A DNA stretch of 64,000 nucleotides from Anaerolineales bacterium. GTDB lineage: Bacteria; Chloroflexota; Anaerolineae; Anaerolineales; Villigracilaceae. Below, piece after piece: positions 19,493-28,414 of the stretch. The notes beneath the pieces are model-generated. The model saw only the letters and a program-made list of their open reading frames with translations, was not told where the DNA came from and did no database searches. The position numbers were made by a program, and so were the translations under genes. Each line of letters opens with the position of its first letter. Positions within the stretch are counted from its first letter, which is position 1. The stretch is taken from contig JBGSVI010000091.1 in assembly GCA_041753035.1 (NCBI GenBank), positions 22,148 through 86,147 of the forward strand, in the 5' to 3' direction.

Positions 19493-19927
19493 TCAGGGAT
19501 TATAAGGCCTAATCCCTTTATAGACACGCTGCCCGGCAATCGTTTTCAAGATCGTATCTGGCGGACGATTGAGGCGGAGTGCGATCTCTTCGGCAGTGAG
19601 GGGCTTATTACCATTGGAGAGAAACAAGCGGAAGACACCTTCCACAAGGATGGTGTGCGGGTCCAGAAATTCAGGAAGTTGAGCACAATGGTTAATCAAT
19701 GTGGTTTGGAGGCCATCCAACTGCTGGACTTCGGCTGTTTCAGGGTCGACCCAATCGATCATCTGACCTTCCGCCAGACCTGCAAAAGCCTGCTGGTGTT
19801 CAGGGCAAAGCATGTCATGAAGAGCCACATGCCAGTTACTGTCGGTAGCCTGCCACCATGAAAAATCCACATGGAAAGGGGTTTGCAGGGTGGGTTTGAG
19901 CAGGCTGAATTTCTTGATCTCACTCAT
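19493..19927 (-). CDS. Hypothetical protein, 144 aa (no family recognised)
   Basis: Trimmed to the ATG at 19927, which overlaps the upstream stop by 8 nt (ATGAGTGA). Coding-like composition. Confidence 0.6.
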   Translation of the reverse strand: MSEIKKFSLLKPTLQTPFHVDFSWWQATDSNWHVALHDMLCPEHQQAFAGLAEGQMIDWVDPETAEVQQLDGLQTTLINHCAQLPEFLDPHTILVEGVFRLFLSNGNKPLTAEEIALRLNRPPDTILKTIAGQRVYKGIRPYNP

Positions 19928-21512
19928 GGTCTGCCTCCGAATCGGCAATGCGGAAGTGCAGATCGCCAACGTGTTTGTATAGTGGGGAGCGGGACAGGTA
20001 TGCCATGAGCGGTCCAGGTGGACAGCGGCGCAGGATATTGATGGCTGAATATAATTCCTGGGCATGGACATGTCCTTGAACATTCAACTTCGTCAATTCC
20101 TGCATCATGTGATCAACCAGTTTTTCAAAAGGCACACGCTGTTTCGTAACCTGGTCGCAAGCACCATCCACGCCAGCAATATCTGGAACTGCGATCACCA
20201 TGCGCTCGTTGAATTCCGCGCTCATATTCTGCTTGAGGGTGGCAAAGACGATCCCTCCATCGGAACCCACCAGCACCGTGCGCACCCATTCTCGCTGCGG
20301 GCGATGGGTGTGCGCTTCGATGATCACCTGGCCGGGTTTCTGCGAACGGCGCAGGGTGACCAACGTGCCAGGGATCAGGCCGTTCTTCTGGAAGAAGTTC
20401 TTCAATCCAGCGACATAGCCATGCTGACGGACCACCCAGGCAGGGATCTCTTCCTTTGTCCTGGCATCCACCAGCGTGAAGCGAACTCGTTCCGATTCGT
20501 ATGCGGTGGGGAAGAGCTTGCGGGTGCGACTCGAGATCGGCAGGGTCCCGGAGCGCCAATGTGGATAGGTCAGGCAGATGGTCAGTTCGTTCCCCTCAGG
20601 AGAGGGAATTTCGCCTGCGCCTAATTCATCATCAATAGAAGCTTCCAGGCCAAGCATATCGCGCGAAAGGATAGAACGGTCATATGGAATGTCCATGTAT
20701 CGGAGCGGAAGCGGGATCTGCTGCACATCAGACGGCTCCAGGCGCTTGAGACACCAAAGGACTTCCCCCGCCGGGCCGACTTCATCAAATCGACCATCCT
20801 CCTGAAGGGCAAAATTCATGGAGAACTCTACCAGTTTTTGCTTTTCATGGCCCGGAAGAGCCACCTGTTCGAGCAGCGCAGGCGTGGATAGAGGCGATCC
20901 GGAGGCTTCATCAAGGACCGCTTCTGCCAGGTTCAGATGCCCGACACCAATATCCATGAGCAGGGCACGCGGAAACCAGCGTCCGGCTGTCTGGACCAGG
21001 TTATCATCAGCGCGCAAACCACGAGAGACGCCTGCCTCCAGAATGGCACCATGGGATGCGATCACCTGTTCGGGGTCGAGAGACTCATCTTCAAGGATGG
21101 CATCCTGAGGGTTGTTCAAAGCGTGATCAGCCAGACGAGCGGCGAAGGATCTGCTGCCTCCGGATTCAAACTCCACCTCGATGACATCAAACTCACCCAT
21201 GGAAGGGTTGACTCCCAGGCGTACAGAAGTCACGCGACCTTTCTGCCAACCTAGGGCAGGGAAAGCCAATTGGTCACCGGGTTGATATTGTCCCTGTGGA
21301 ATATAAATGGAGCTGCTTCCCTGGTTCTTGGAAAGCAAGGCCTCCCGCTCTATGCGAATGCGCTCTGCCACCAGCAATGGAACGATCTCCTGCTCTGTGA
21401 GCGGGTTTTCCTTCTCAAACAGATAATTGCTGACATAATCGACATCGGACCTGGATAGGGCGAATTCGGTCCAATAATCCTGAGGAAGTGATAATAATGA
21501 GGCGTTGGGCAT
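19920..21512 (-). CDS. Hypothetical protein, 530 aa (no family recognised)
   Basis: A long uninterrupted ORF with genome-typical codon usage. It appears soluble, with no TM helix or signal peptide. Confidence 0.7.
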   Translation of the reverse strand: MPNASLLSLPQDYWTEFALSRSDVDYVSNYLFEKENPLTEQEIVPLLVAERIRIEREALLSKNQGSSSIYIPQGQYQPGDQLAFPALGWQKGRVTSVRLGVNPSMGEFDVIEVEFESGGSRSFAARLADHALNNPQDAILEDESLDPEQVIASHGAILEAGVSRGLRADDNLVQTAGRWFPRALLMDIGVGHLNLAEAVLDEASGSPLSTPALLEQVALPGHEKQKLVEFSMNFALQEDGRFDEVGPAGEVLWCLKRLEPSDVQQIPLPLRYMDIPYDRSILSRDMLGLEASIDDELGAGEIPSPEGNELTICLTYPHWRSGTLPISSRTRKLFPTAYESERVRFTLVDARTKEEIPAWVVRQHGYVAGLKNFFQKNGLIPGTLVTLRRSQKPGQVIIEAHTHRPQREWVRTVLVGSDGGIVFATLKQNMSAEFNERMVIAVPDIAGVDGACDQVTKQRVPFEKLVDHMMQELTKLNVQGHVHAQELYSAINILRRCPPGPLMAYLSRSPLYKHVGDLHFRIADSEADHE

Positions 21513-21587
21513 AGAAAGTCTGCAAGTCCTAAAAAAGATTGTTGAATCCAGTATTATGGATTTTTAGCTGGATAATTATACCCCACC

Positions 21588-21616
21588 TTGACAGGCTCAC
21601 TTCCTTGACTTAGGAT
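21588..21616 (+). promoter_or_regulatory. Sigma70-like promoter (TTGACA-17 nt-TAGGAT) for the glycosyltransferase operon
   Basis: TTGACA at 21588-21593, an exact 17-nt spacer and TAGGAT at 21611-21616. The start codon lies ~18 nt downstream. Confidence 0.35.
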
Positions 21617-21633
21617 AGAGGCTGAGGTGAGTG

Positions 21634-22830
21634 ATGCGTATTGGAATGATGGCTGATATTTATAAACCCCACGTCAGTGGGATTACGAATTATATTGCCT
21701 TGAATAAGCGCTACCTGGAAGAAGCCGGGCACGAGGTGTTCATTTTTACCTTTGGAGACCTGGATCATGTTGACGAAGAGAGCAATATTATCCGCTCCCC
21801 CGGCCTGCCGATCACCGACACCGGATATTACCTTTCTTTTCGCTATGCCCACAAGGCAAAAAAACTGCTGCAAAGTATGGACGTAGTGCATGTGCACCAC
21901 CCCTTCCTGAGTGGGAGACTGGCGCTGCGCTACTGCCGCCCGATGCGCATTCCCGTGGTGTTCACCAACCATACGCGCTATGACCTCTATGCACAGACCT
22001 ACCTGCCGCTGTTGCCGGAAGAACTCAGTGAGACCTTCCTGCAGACGTACATGCCCCCCTTCTGCGCGGCATGCGACTTGGTGATCTCCCCCTCAGCAGG
22101 CATGGCAATAGTTCTGAAAGAACTGGGCGTCGAGACACCTGTGGAGGTCGTCCCCAACGGCGTTGAACTGCAACGATATCGCCAGACATGCGCTGACTGC
22201 CGACATGAATTCGGGTTTTTAGCGAATGATGTGCTGCTGGCATACAGCGGCAGGCTGGCACTGGAGAAGAACCTGACTTTCCTGATGCAAGCCTTTGCCG
22301 GTACCGCCGAAACAATTGCAAACCTCCGCCTGCTATTGATCGGTGGAGGCCCTGAGGAGGAAACCCTACGGCAGCTTGCTGCCAAGACCAGTGTGGGAGA
22401 CAGGATCCATTTCACAGGAATGGTGGATTATGATGCCATGCCGCGGCTCTTGTCCATGTGCAACGCTTTCGTGACTGCCTCGGTCACAGAAGTGCACCCG
22501 CTGTCCTTGATCGAAGCAATGGCAAGTGGACTGCCTGCGCTGGGGATCCACTCTGTGGGAGTCGGTGACACCATCGAAAATGATGTCACTGGATTCCTGT
22601 CACGCCAGGACATGGCAGCATTCACGGCAAAACTAACCCGCCTGTGCCTGGACCGGGATCTACGGCAAAAAATGGGGGCTGCGGCCAAGAAGTCCTCTGA
22701 AAAATTTGCCATTGAGCGCACGACAAAGATCATGATCGAGCACTACGAACGCCTGGTCTTTGATGCCGGGAAAAAACGCCACGGCCTGCGCTACCGAATG
22801 CGCACCCTGACTGAAATATTCAAAGGATGA
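21634..22830 (+). CDS. Glycosyltransferase family 4 (GT-B fold)
   Basis: 398 aa. The N-terminal block is RIGMMADIYKPHVSGI. The C-terminal region around FVTASVTEVHPLSLIEAMASGLP is consistent with a GT4 EX7E-type motif. I did not align it. Confidence 0.85.
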   Translation: MRIGMMADIYKPHVSGITNYIALNKRYLEEAGHEVFIFTFGDLDHVDEESNIIRSPGLPITDTGYYLSFRYAHKAKKLLQSMDVVHVHHPFLSGRLALRYCRPMRIPVVFTNHTRYDLYAQTYLPLLPEELSETFLQTYMPPFCAACDLVISPSAGMAIVLKELGVETPVEVVPNGVELQRYRQTCADCRHEFGFLANDVLLAYSGRLALEKNLTFLMQAFAGTAETIANLRLLLIGGGPEEETLRQLAAKTSVGDRIHFTGMVDYDAMPRLLSMCNAFVTASVTEVHPLSLIEAMASGLPALGIHSVGVGDTIENDVTGFLSRQDMAAFTAKLTRLCLDRDLRQKMGAAAKKSSEKFAIERTTKIMIEHYERLVFDAGKKRHGLRYRMRTLTEIFKG

Positions 22831-23189
22831 CATCCAGGACCAAGACTCTCGGTCAATGGGGCGAAGACACGGCGCTCCGCTACCTACAGCAGGATGGTTA
22901 CACCATCCCGGGAAGGAATTTTCGCGCCCGGCATGGGGAGATCGACATCCTGGCGGAAAAGGAATGTGTTTTGATCTTCGTCGAGGTCAAGATGCGATCC
23001 AGCAATACTTTCGGTTTCCCGGAAAGTGCAATCACTGTACGCAAACAGGCACTCCTGCTGATGGCAGCGGAAGCCTACCTGGCACAGCATCCGGAAAGCC
23101 CAGATACCTGGCAATTCGACATCATCGCCATCACCCGGCAGGCAGGACAATTTCCGGAGATCGAACATTTCGAGAATGTCAATGGTTGA
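22827..23189 (+). CDS. yraN: YraN-family (UPF0102) endonuclease-fold protein
   Basis: 120 aa. G..GE..A..YL...G......N.R...GEIDI+A......+FVEVK.R matches the family pattern. ATGA overlap with the upstream gene. Confidence 0.85.
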   Translation: MTSRTKTLGQWGEDTALRYLQQDGYTIPGRNFRARHGEIDILAEKECVLIFVEVKMRSSNTFGFPESAITVRKQALLLMAAEAYLAQHPESPDTWQFDIIAITRQAGQFPEIEHFENVNG

Positions 23190-24153
23190 ACAGAGCCTGC
23201 CCCCCCTGATCGTCATTGTCGGCCCGACCGCAGTGGGGAAAACCGAGGTTTCCCTGCACCTGGCTGAAGAATTCGACGGCGAGATCGTCTCGGCGGATTC
23301 GCGCCTGTTCTACAAGGGAATGGATATCGGCACAGCGAAACCCTTGCTCGAGGAACGCGCCTCTGTTCCACACCACCTGATCGATGTGAGCGAGCCTGGC
23401 GAGACCTGGAGCCTGGCGCGCTTCCAGCAGGAAGCGGCGAAAGCCATCGCAAGCATCCATGCGCATGGAAAGCTCCCCTTCCTGGTTGGAGGCAGCGGGC
23501 AATATATCCATGCGGTGACCCATGGTTGGATGCCCCCGATCATCCCACCTAATCCGATCCTACGCAAGGAACTGGAGACCCAAGCTGAAATTGAAGGAGC
23601 AGAACGGCTGCACGAAGAACTGAACAAGCTGGACCCAGCCGCGGCGGAAAAGATCGACAGCCGCAACCTGCGCCGAACCATCCGGGCACTGGAGGTGATC
23701 CGACTGACAGGCAGGAAATTTTCGGAGCAGAGAGGAAGATTGCAGCCTCCCTACAGGCTGCTGACCATCGGATTAACGAGACCCAGACCAACTTTATATT
23801 CACGGGTGGACGCCCGAATCGAAGCCATGTTCACCAATGGTTTGTTGGATGAGGTACGAGGGTTGCTAGAAAATGGGATTTCGCCGGACTTTCCGGCAAT
23901 GACTTCCATTGGCTATCGTGACTGCGCGGCCGTGCTGCAGGGTAAAAGCACCATGGAGGAAGCAAAAGCACAGATGCGGAGGGTTACACGCGTCTTTATT
24001 CGCAGGCAAGCCAACTGGTTCAAATTGAGCGACCCCACGATCCACTGGTTCGATCTGGAGCAAACAACGGAGAAAGAAATTAAATCAAAAATCTATGCTT
24101 TCCGGGATTCTCAGTCGAATGAGTTTGACACGACCATCCAAACCGGTGAATGA
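23176..24153 (+). CDS. miaA: tRNA dimethylallyltransferase
   Basis: 325 aa with the P-loop GPTAVGKT, and the SADS..FY.GMDIGTAKP and HHLID blocks. Confidence 0.9.
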   Translation: MSMVEQSLPPLIVIVGPTAVGKTEVSLHLAEEFDGEIVSADSRLFYKGMDIGTAKPLLEERASVPHHLIDVSEPGETWSLARFQQEAAKAIASIHAHGKLPFLVGGSGQYIHAVTHGWMPPIIPPNPILRKELETQAEIEGAERLHEELNKLDPAAAEKIDSRNLRRTIRALEVIRLTGRKFSEQRGRLQPPYRLLTIGLTRPRPTLYSRVDARIEAMFTNGLLDEVRGLLENGISPDFPAMTSIGYRDCAAVLQGKSTMEEAKAQMRRVTRVFIRRQANWFKLSDPTIHWFDLEQTTEKEIKSKIYAFRDSQSNEFDTTIQTGE

Positions 24154-24171
24154 CACTCTATCAGAGGAGCA

Positions 24172-25311
24172 ATGATCATGATCAACATCAAAGAAGTGGT
24201 CACACCAGGTGACCTGCGAAGGTTCATCAACTTCCCATTGAAATTATACACAGGGAATCCGTATTACGTTCCCAGCCTTGTCTTTGACGAGATAAATACC
24301 CTGAGCCGCAAAAAGAATCCTGCCTTTGAACACTGTGAGGCAAAGTATTGGCTGGCATACAAGGATGGGATCATTGCCGGGCGCGTGGCAGGGATATTGA
24401 ACCACAAGCACATTGAAAAGTGGGGGCAAAAATTCCTGCGGTTCGGCTGGCTGGATCTTATCGATGACGATCAGGTGTCGGCTGCATTGATGAGAGAAGT
24501 GGAAACTTGGGCACATGCCGAGGGACTGCATGCAGTTCATGGTCCCCTGGGTTTCACCGACATGGACAGGGAAGGATTGCTCATCGAGGGGTTCCAGGAG
24601 ATCGGCACCATGGCCACGATATACAACCATGCCTATTATGCCGGACACCTGGAAAAACTTGGGTACCAAAAGGATATTGACTGGGTGGAATACGAACTAG
24701 GTGTCCCGGAAACCCCGGATGAAACCATCACCCGCATCGCCGAAATCTGCAAGAAACGTTACAAACTGCACATGTTGGAAGCGAGGAGCAAGAAGGACCT
24801 GCTGAAATATGCAGATCAGCTCTTTGACCTGCTGGGCGAATCCTATGCCCACCTTTACGGCACGGTACCTCTGACCATGAAACAGGTGCAGGCATATATC
24901 AAACAATATTTCGACTTCGTGAAGCCGGATTTTGTCCCCATCGTACTGGATGAGAACGGGAAGATGATCGCTTTTGGGGTCACCATGCCATCGCTCTCCC
25001 AGGGGCTGCAGAAAAGCGGCGGGAGGTTGTTCCCATTCGGCTTTATTCATATCCTAAAAGCACTGAAGACATACGAACGCTTTGACCTATACCTGGTGGC
25101 AGTGCGGAAAGAGTACCAGGCAAAAGGGGTCAACGCGATCCTGATGGACCGCATCAATCAGGTGTTTAACAAGTTGGGCGTCAAGTATGTGGAATCCAAC
25201 CCGGAACTGGAGACAAATACCAATGTGCAGGGACAGTGGAAATATTACCAGAAACGCCAGCATAAACGCCGCAGGGTGTTCATCAAACACCTGGGCGGAG
25301 ATCACGCGTAA
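24172..25311 (+). CDS. Hypothetical protein, probably acyl-CoA N-acyltransferase (GNAT-like) fold
   Basis: 379 aa. Its N-terminal pattern (F..FP..LY..NP.YVP.L..D) I recall from proteins generically annotated as N-acetyltransferases. Visibly more AT-rich than its neighbours. Confidence 0.55.
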   Translation: MIMINIKEVVTPGDLRRFINFPLKLYTGNPYYVPSLVFDEINTLSRKKNPAFEHCEAKYWLAYKDGIIAGRVAGILNHKHIEKWGQKFLRFGWLDLIDDDQVSAALMREVETWAHAEGLHAVHGPLGFTDMDREGLLIEGFQEIGTMATIYNHAYYAGHLEKLGYQKDIDWVEYELGVPETPDETITRIAEICKKRYKLHMLEARSKKDLLKYADQLFDLLGESYAHLYGTVPLTMKQVQAYIKQYFDFVKPDFVPIVLDENGKMIAFGVTMPSLSQGLQKSGGRLFPFGFIHILKALKTYERFDLYLVAVRKEYQAKGVNAILMDRINQVFNKLGVKYVESNPELETNTNVQGQWKYYQKRQHKRRRVFIKHLGGDHA

Positions 25312-25361
25312 CGGCATCCACCCGCTCCAGCCAATCAATCCATACGATACAGGAGAAAAAA

Positions 25362-25889
25362 ATGACCCGAGAACTCATTCCTACCGAAGAATTCACCACC
25401 CGGATCCATCACCTGTGGGATGTACAATCGTTGCTGTTGACATCGGGAGACTATGCGCAATGCCGGTTCAATGCCATGACGATCGGCTGGGGCAGCATCG
25501 GCTACATCTGGAGGCGCCCCTTCATTCAAATACTGGTGCGACACACCCGGTACACTTATCAATTCATGGAAAGTTTCGACACATTTACCGTATGCGCCTT
25601 TCCGGATAACTGCCATGCAGCCCTGAAACTATTGGGCACCAAATCGGGGCGGGACGGAGACAAGATCGCTGAATCCGGACTGACGCCCGCGGCTTCCACC
25701 ATGATCGCAGCGCCAGGATATGTTGAGGCAAGCCTGGTGCTGGAATGCCGCAAGATCTACTGGGATGACATTGACCCGCAACATTTCCTTACTCCAGAGA
25801 TAGACAAGCACTATCCAGCGCGAGACTACCACCGCATCTATTTTGGCGAGATCCTGGCTGCCTACGGGGAAGGAATATTCAAGGCATAG
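25362..25889 (+). CDS. Flavin reductase-like FMN-binding split-barrel protein
   Basis: 175 aa with the N.MT..W.S block (FNAMTIGWGSIG) typical of flavin reductase domain proteins. Confidence 0.7.
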   Translation: MTRELIPTEEFTTRIHHLWDVQSLLLTSGDYAQCRFNAMTIGWGSIGYIWRRPFIQILVRHTRYTYQFMESFDTFTVCAFPDNCHAALKLLGTKSGRDGDKIAESGLTPAASTMIAAPGYVEASLVLECRKIYWDDIDPQHFLTPEIDKHYPARDYHRIYFGEILAAYGEGIFKA

Positions 25890-25898
25890 AAAATAATA

Positions 25899-27137
25899 AT
25901 GAAAGCCAACAGCCTGACCAGTGCGGTTGTAATTGGAGGCGGCCCAGCCGGGTTGATGGCCGCGCAAGTTCTGGCGGAGGGTGGCATACAGGTGGAGTTG
26001 TACGAGGCAAAGCCATCCCCGGGAAGGAAATTCCTGGTGGCAGGCAAAGGCGGCTTGAACCTGACCCACGCGGAAGCATACGAGAAGTTTCGTACCAGGT
26101 ATGGAGAGCGCCAGGAACAGATCGAGCCTCTATTACGCCAATTCGGCCCGAAAGAAGTACAGCGATGGGCTGCGGAATTAGGCGTTGATACCTTTGTAGG
26201 GAGCTCGGGGCGGGTTTTTCCGGTGGGGATGAAATCGATGCCGTTGTTGCGCGCCTGGTTGGGATACCTGCACAGCCTGGGAGTGACCTTTCACACCCGG
26301 AACGAATGGACTGGCTGGCATGCGAATGGCAGGCTGCGCTTCCGAACACCGGAAGGCGAGCACCTTGCAGAAGGTGGGGCAACGGTGCTGGCACTTGGCG
26401 GAGCAAGTTGGCCGGTCACCGGCTCCAATGGCAAGTGGATCCCAACCCTATCCAAGCGAGGTATCACGATAGCTGCATTCAAACCAGCCAACTGCGGATT
26501 CAATGTTCGCTGGACAGAGCATTTCCGCACCCGCTTTGCCGGCGCACCGGTGAAAGCCGTGGTTGCCAAGTTCCTGGGGGTAAACGGGAGGACATTCCAG
26601 CAACAGGGGGAGTTCATCATCACTGAAAACGGCGTGGAGGGCAGTCTCATCTACGCCTGCTCTGCCTTCCTGCGTGATGCGCTCGATACCCAGGGAGAGG
26701 CGACCCTACACCTGGATATGGCTCCCGGTTGGACAATAGAGCGGTTGGTAGCGAGACTCTCGGAAAGGCGCGGCAACCGCTCCCACTCCAGTCACCTGAA
26801 GAAAGCCGTGGGGATCGAGGGTGTGAAATCCGGGTTATTGTGGGAATTCGTCCCCAGGGATGACTTCACTGACGCCTTCCGACTGGCAGAAGCAATCAAG
26901 GACCTGTGCATCCCGCTGGAGTCGGCACGTCCGCTGGAAGAAGCCATCAGCAGTGCCGGGGGGGTGACATTTGAGTCCCTTGATAAACACCTGATGCTGC
27001 AGGCGTTGCCGGGTGTATTCTGCGCCGGCGAAATGCTGGACTGGGAAGCACCTACAGGCGGCTACCTGTTGACCGCCTGCCTGTCCTCGGGGCGATGGGC
27101 CGGGCTGGGCGCATTGGAATGGCTACAGGACAAATAA
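25899..27137 (+). CDS. NAD(P)/FAD-dependent oxidoreductase of the HI0933/BaiN-like flavoprotein family
   Basis: 412 aa. The dinucleotide motif is VIGGGPAGLMAA, followed by GRKFLVAGKGGLNLTH. Confidence 0.8.
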   Translation: MKANSLTSAVVIGGGPAGLMAAQVLAEGGIQVELYEAKPSPGRKFLVAGKGGLNLTHAEAYEKFRTRYGERQEQIEPLLRQFGPKEVQRWAAELGVDTFVGSSGRVFPVGMKSMPLLRAWLGYLHSLGVTFHTRNEWTGWHANGRLRFRTPEGEHLAEGGATVLALGGASWPVTGSNGKWIPTLSKRGITIAAFKPANCGFNVRWTEHFRTRFAGAPVKAVVAKFLGVNGRTFQQQGEFIITENGVEGSLIYACSAFLRDALDTQGEATLHLDMAPGWTIERLVARLSERRGNRSHSSHLKKAVGIEGVKSGLLWEFVPRDDFTDAFRLAEAIKDLCIPLESARPLEEAISSAGGVTFESLDKHLMLQALPGVFCAGEMLDWEAPTGGYLLTACLSSGRWAGLGALEWLQDK

Positions 27138-27151
27138 CGAAGGAAACAAGC

Positions 27152-27538
27152 ATGACAATCTCTCACAGCAACCCTGTGATCGCCGCCGTCTGCTTTGTGC
27201 TCGTCCTGATCAGCGGATATTGGGTCAGCAGATCGGGAAAACCAATCAACCAAGCCAGGATGAATGTTCATAAATTCATCGCCCTGGGAACTGCAATTTT
27301 CATTGGGGTAATCCTGTTCCAGGTACTTGAGGGGCAGAAATGGACCGCTTTGGAGACAGGTATGGTCATCGCCAGCGGGGTGGTCGCGCTTGCAGCCAGA
27401 CTCACCGGCGGGTTGACCAGTCTCGCCCAAACCATCCCAGGGGCCGCGTTCCTCCACGAGGTAAACCCTACCTGGCTCTGCTCATCACAGCTATCATGCT
27501 ATTCATTATTAGGTGATAGATACCGAAACAGAAAGTAG
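27152..27538 (+). CDS. Small multi-TM membrane protein; C-terminus probably mis-framed
   Basis: The ATG at 27152 is preceded by AAGGAAA. Three clear TM helices are present. After ~27455 the annotated frame turns hydrophilic and rare-codon rich, while the -1-shifted frame encodes a TM helix. Confidence 0.5.
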   Translation: MTISHSNPVIAAVCFVLVLISGYWVSRSGKPINQARMNVHKFIALGTAIFIGVILFQVLEGQKWTALETGMVIASGVVALAARLTGGLTSLAQTIPGAAFLHEVNPTWLCSSQLSCYSLLGDRYRNRK

Positions 27539-27548
27539 GAAAGTCACA

Positions 27549-27962
27549 ATGTTGATCGTCAGTGCCTGTTTGGCCAATATCCACTGCCGCAATGATGGCG
27601 CTGCCAAGCCCAATGAAGTTGTTCTCCGGCTGGTGGCGGAGGGTAAAGCCATCCCGGTATGCCCGGAACAAATGGGTGGTTTGACCACTCCTCGCCTGCC
27701 TGCTGAGATCAGAGGAGGCAGAGTAATCCGCAAGGACGGCAAGGATGTGAGCACCGAGTTCGCCCGCGGCGCCCAGGAAGCCCTGAAACTGGCGCAACTT
27801 ACTGGTGCATATTCAGCGATCCTGAAATCCAGGTCGCCATCCTGTGGGAGTGGGAAGATCTATGATGGGAGTTTCAGCGGGCAACTGGTGGATGGCGACG
27901 GAATATTCACGGCATTGTGCAAACAAGCCGGAATTGAGGTTAAATCAGAAGATGAGGTTTGA
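27549..27962 (+). CDS. DUF523 family protein (TudS-like, Cys-rich)
   Basis: 137 aa from the internal ATG. The pattern is SACL.G..CR.DG ... CPE..GGL..PR ... SPSCG. Confidence 0.75.
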   Translation: MLIVSACLANIHCRNDGAAKPNEVVLRLVAEGKAIPVCPEQMGGLTTPRLPAEIRGGRVIRKDGKDVSTEFARGAQEALKLAQLTGAYSAILKSRSPSCGSGKIYDGSFSGQLVDGDGIFTALCKQAGIEVKSEDEV

Positions 27963-27975
27963 GATTTGAATCCTG

Positions 27976-28383
27976 ATGACACCCAAGAAGATCGCCTTAC
28001 GCATCGCCACCCTATTCTTCCTCTTCTGGATGGTGGTGCTTTATGCCGGTGCGGACCATCCCACGCCACCTGGCTTCCTGGGAATCATCCTGGCAGACTT
28101 CATCTGCGCAGGGATCGTCTTTCTGCGCATACCGGCATATCTCCAATGGGCACTTGAACGCAAGAAATCCCGCTGGTGGTGCGCCATGCTCGACGGTCTC
28201 ACCGCTGGACTGGTCATAGCATTGGTTTTTATGCTCATTGGAAACGGAGAACCAACTGTCCAACCCACCATCCTCGACCGGGTGATCTGGGCCCTGGTGT
28301 TGAGCAGTGTGGGGCTGGTCAATTCAACTGGTATTTTCCTTGCCTGTGAGTGGCTGGCAGGCCGCCTGAAAAAACCGGTTTGA
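27976..28383 (+). CDS. Hypothetical 4-TM membrane protein
   Basis: 135 aa with four hydrophobic helices. No family recognised. Confidence 0.5.
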   Translation: MTPKKIALRIATLFFLFWMVVLYAGADHPTPPGFLGIILADFICAGIVFLRIPAYLQWALERKKSRWWCAMLDGLTAGLVIALVFMLIGNGEPTVQPTILDRVIWALVLSSVGLVNSTGIFLACEWLAGRLKKPV

Positions 28384-28402
28384 CTCCCGTTCCCGTCTCC
28401 GC

Positions 28403-28408
28403 TATACT
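28403..28408 (+). promoter_or_regulatory. -10 hexamer TATACT 6 nt upstream of the acyl-CoA ligase ATG (leaderless geometry)
   Basis: The sequence is gcTATACTatccgcATG. No SD is possible. Confidence 0.3.
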
Positions 28409-28414
28409 ATCCGC

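Noticed and set aside
21544-21554. An identical 11-mer gaatccagtat at 21544-21554 and 40410-40420, both in promoter regions.
   Set aside because: In a 64-kb window hundreds of 11-mer coincidences are expected by chance (roughly N^2/2 divided by 4^11). The flanks do not extend the match.
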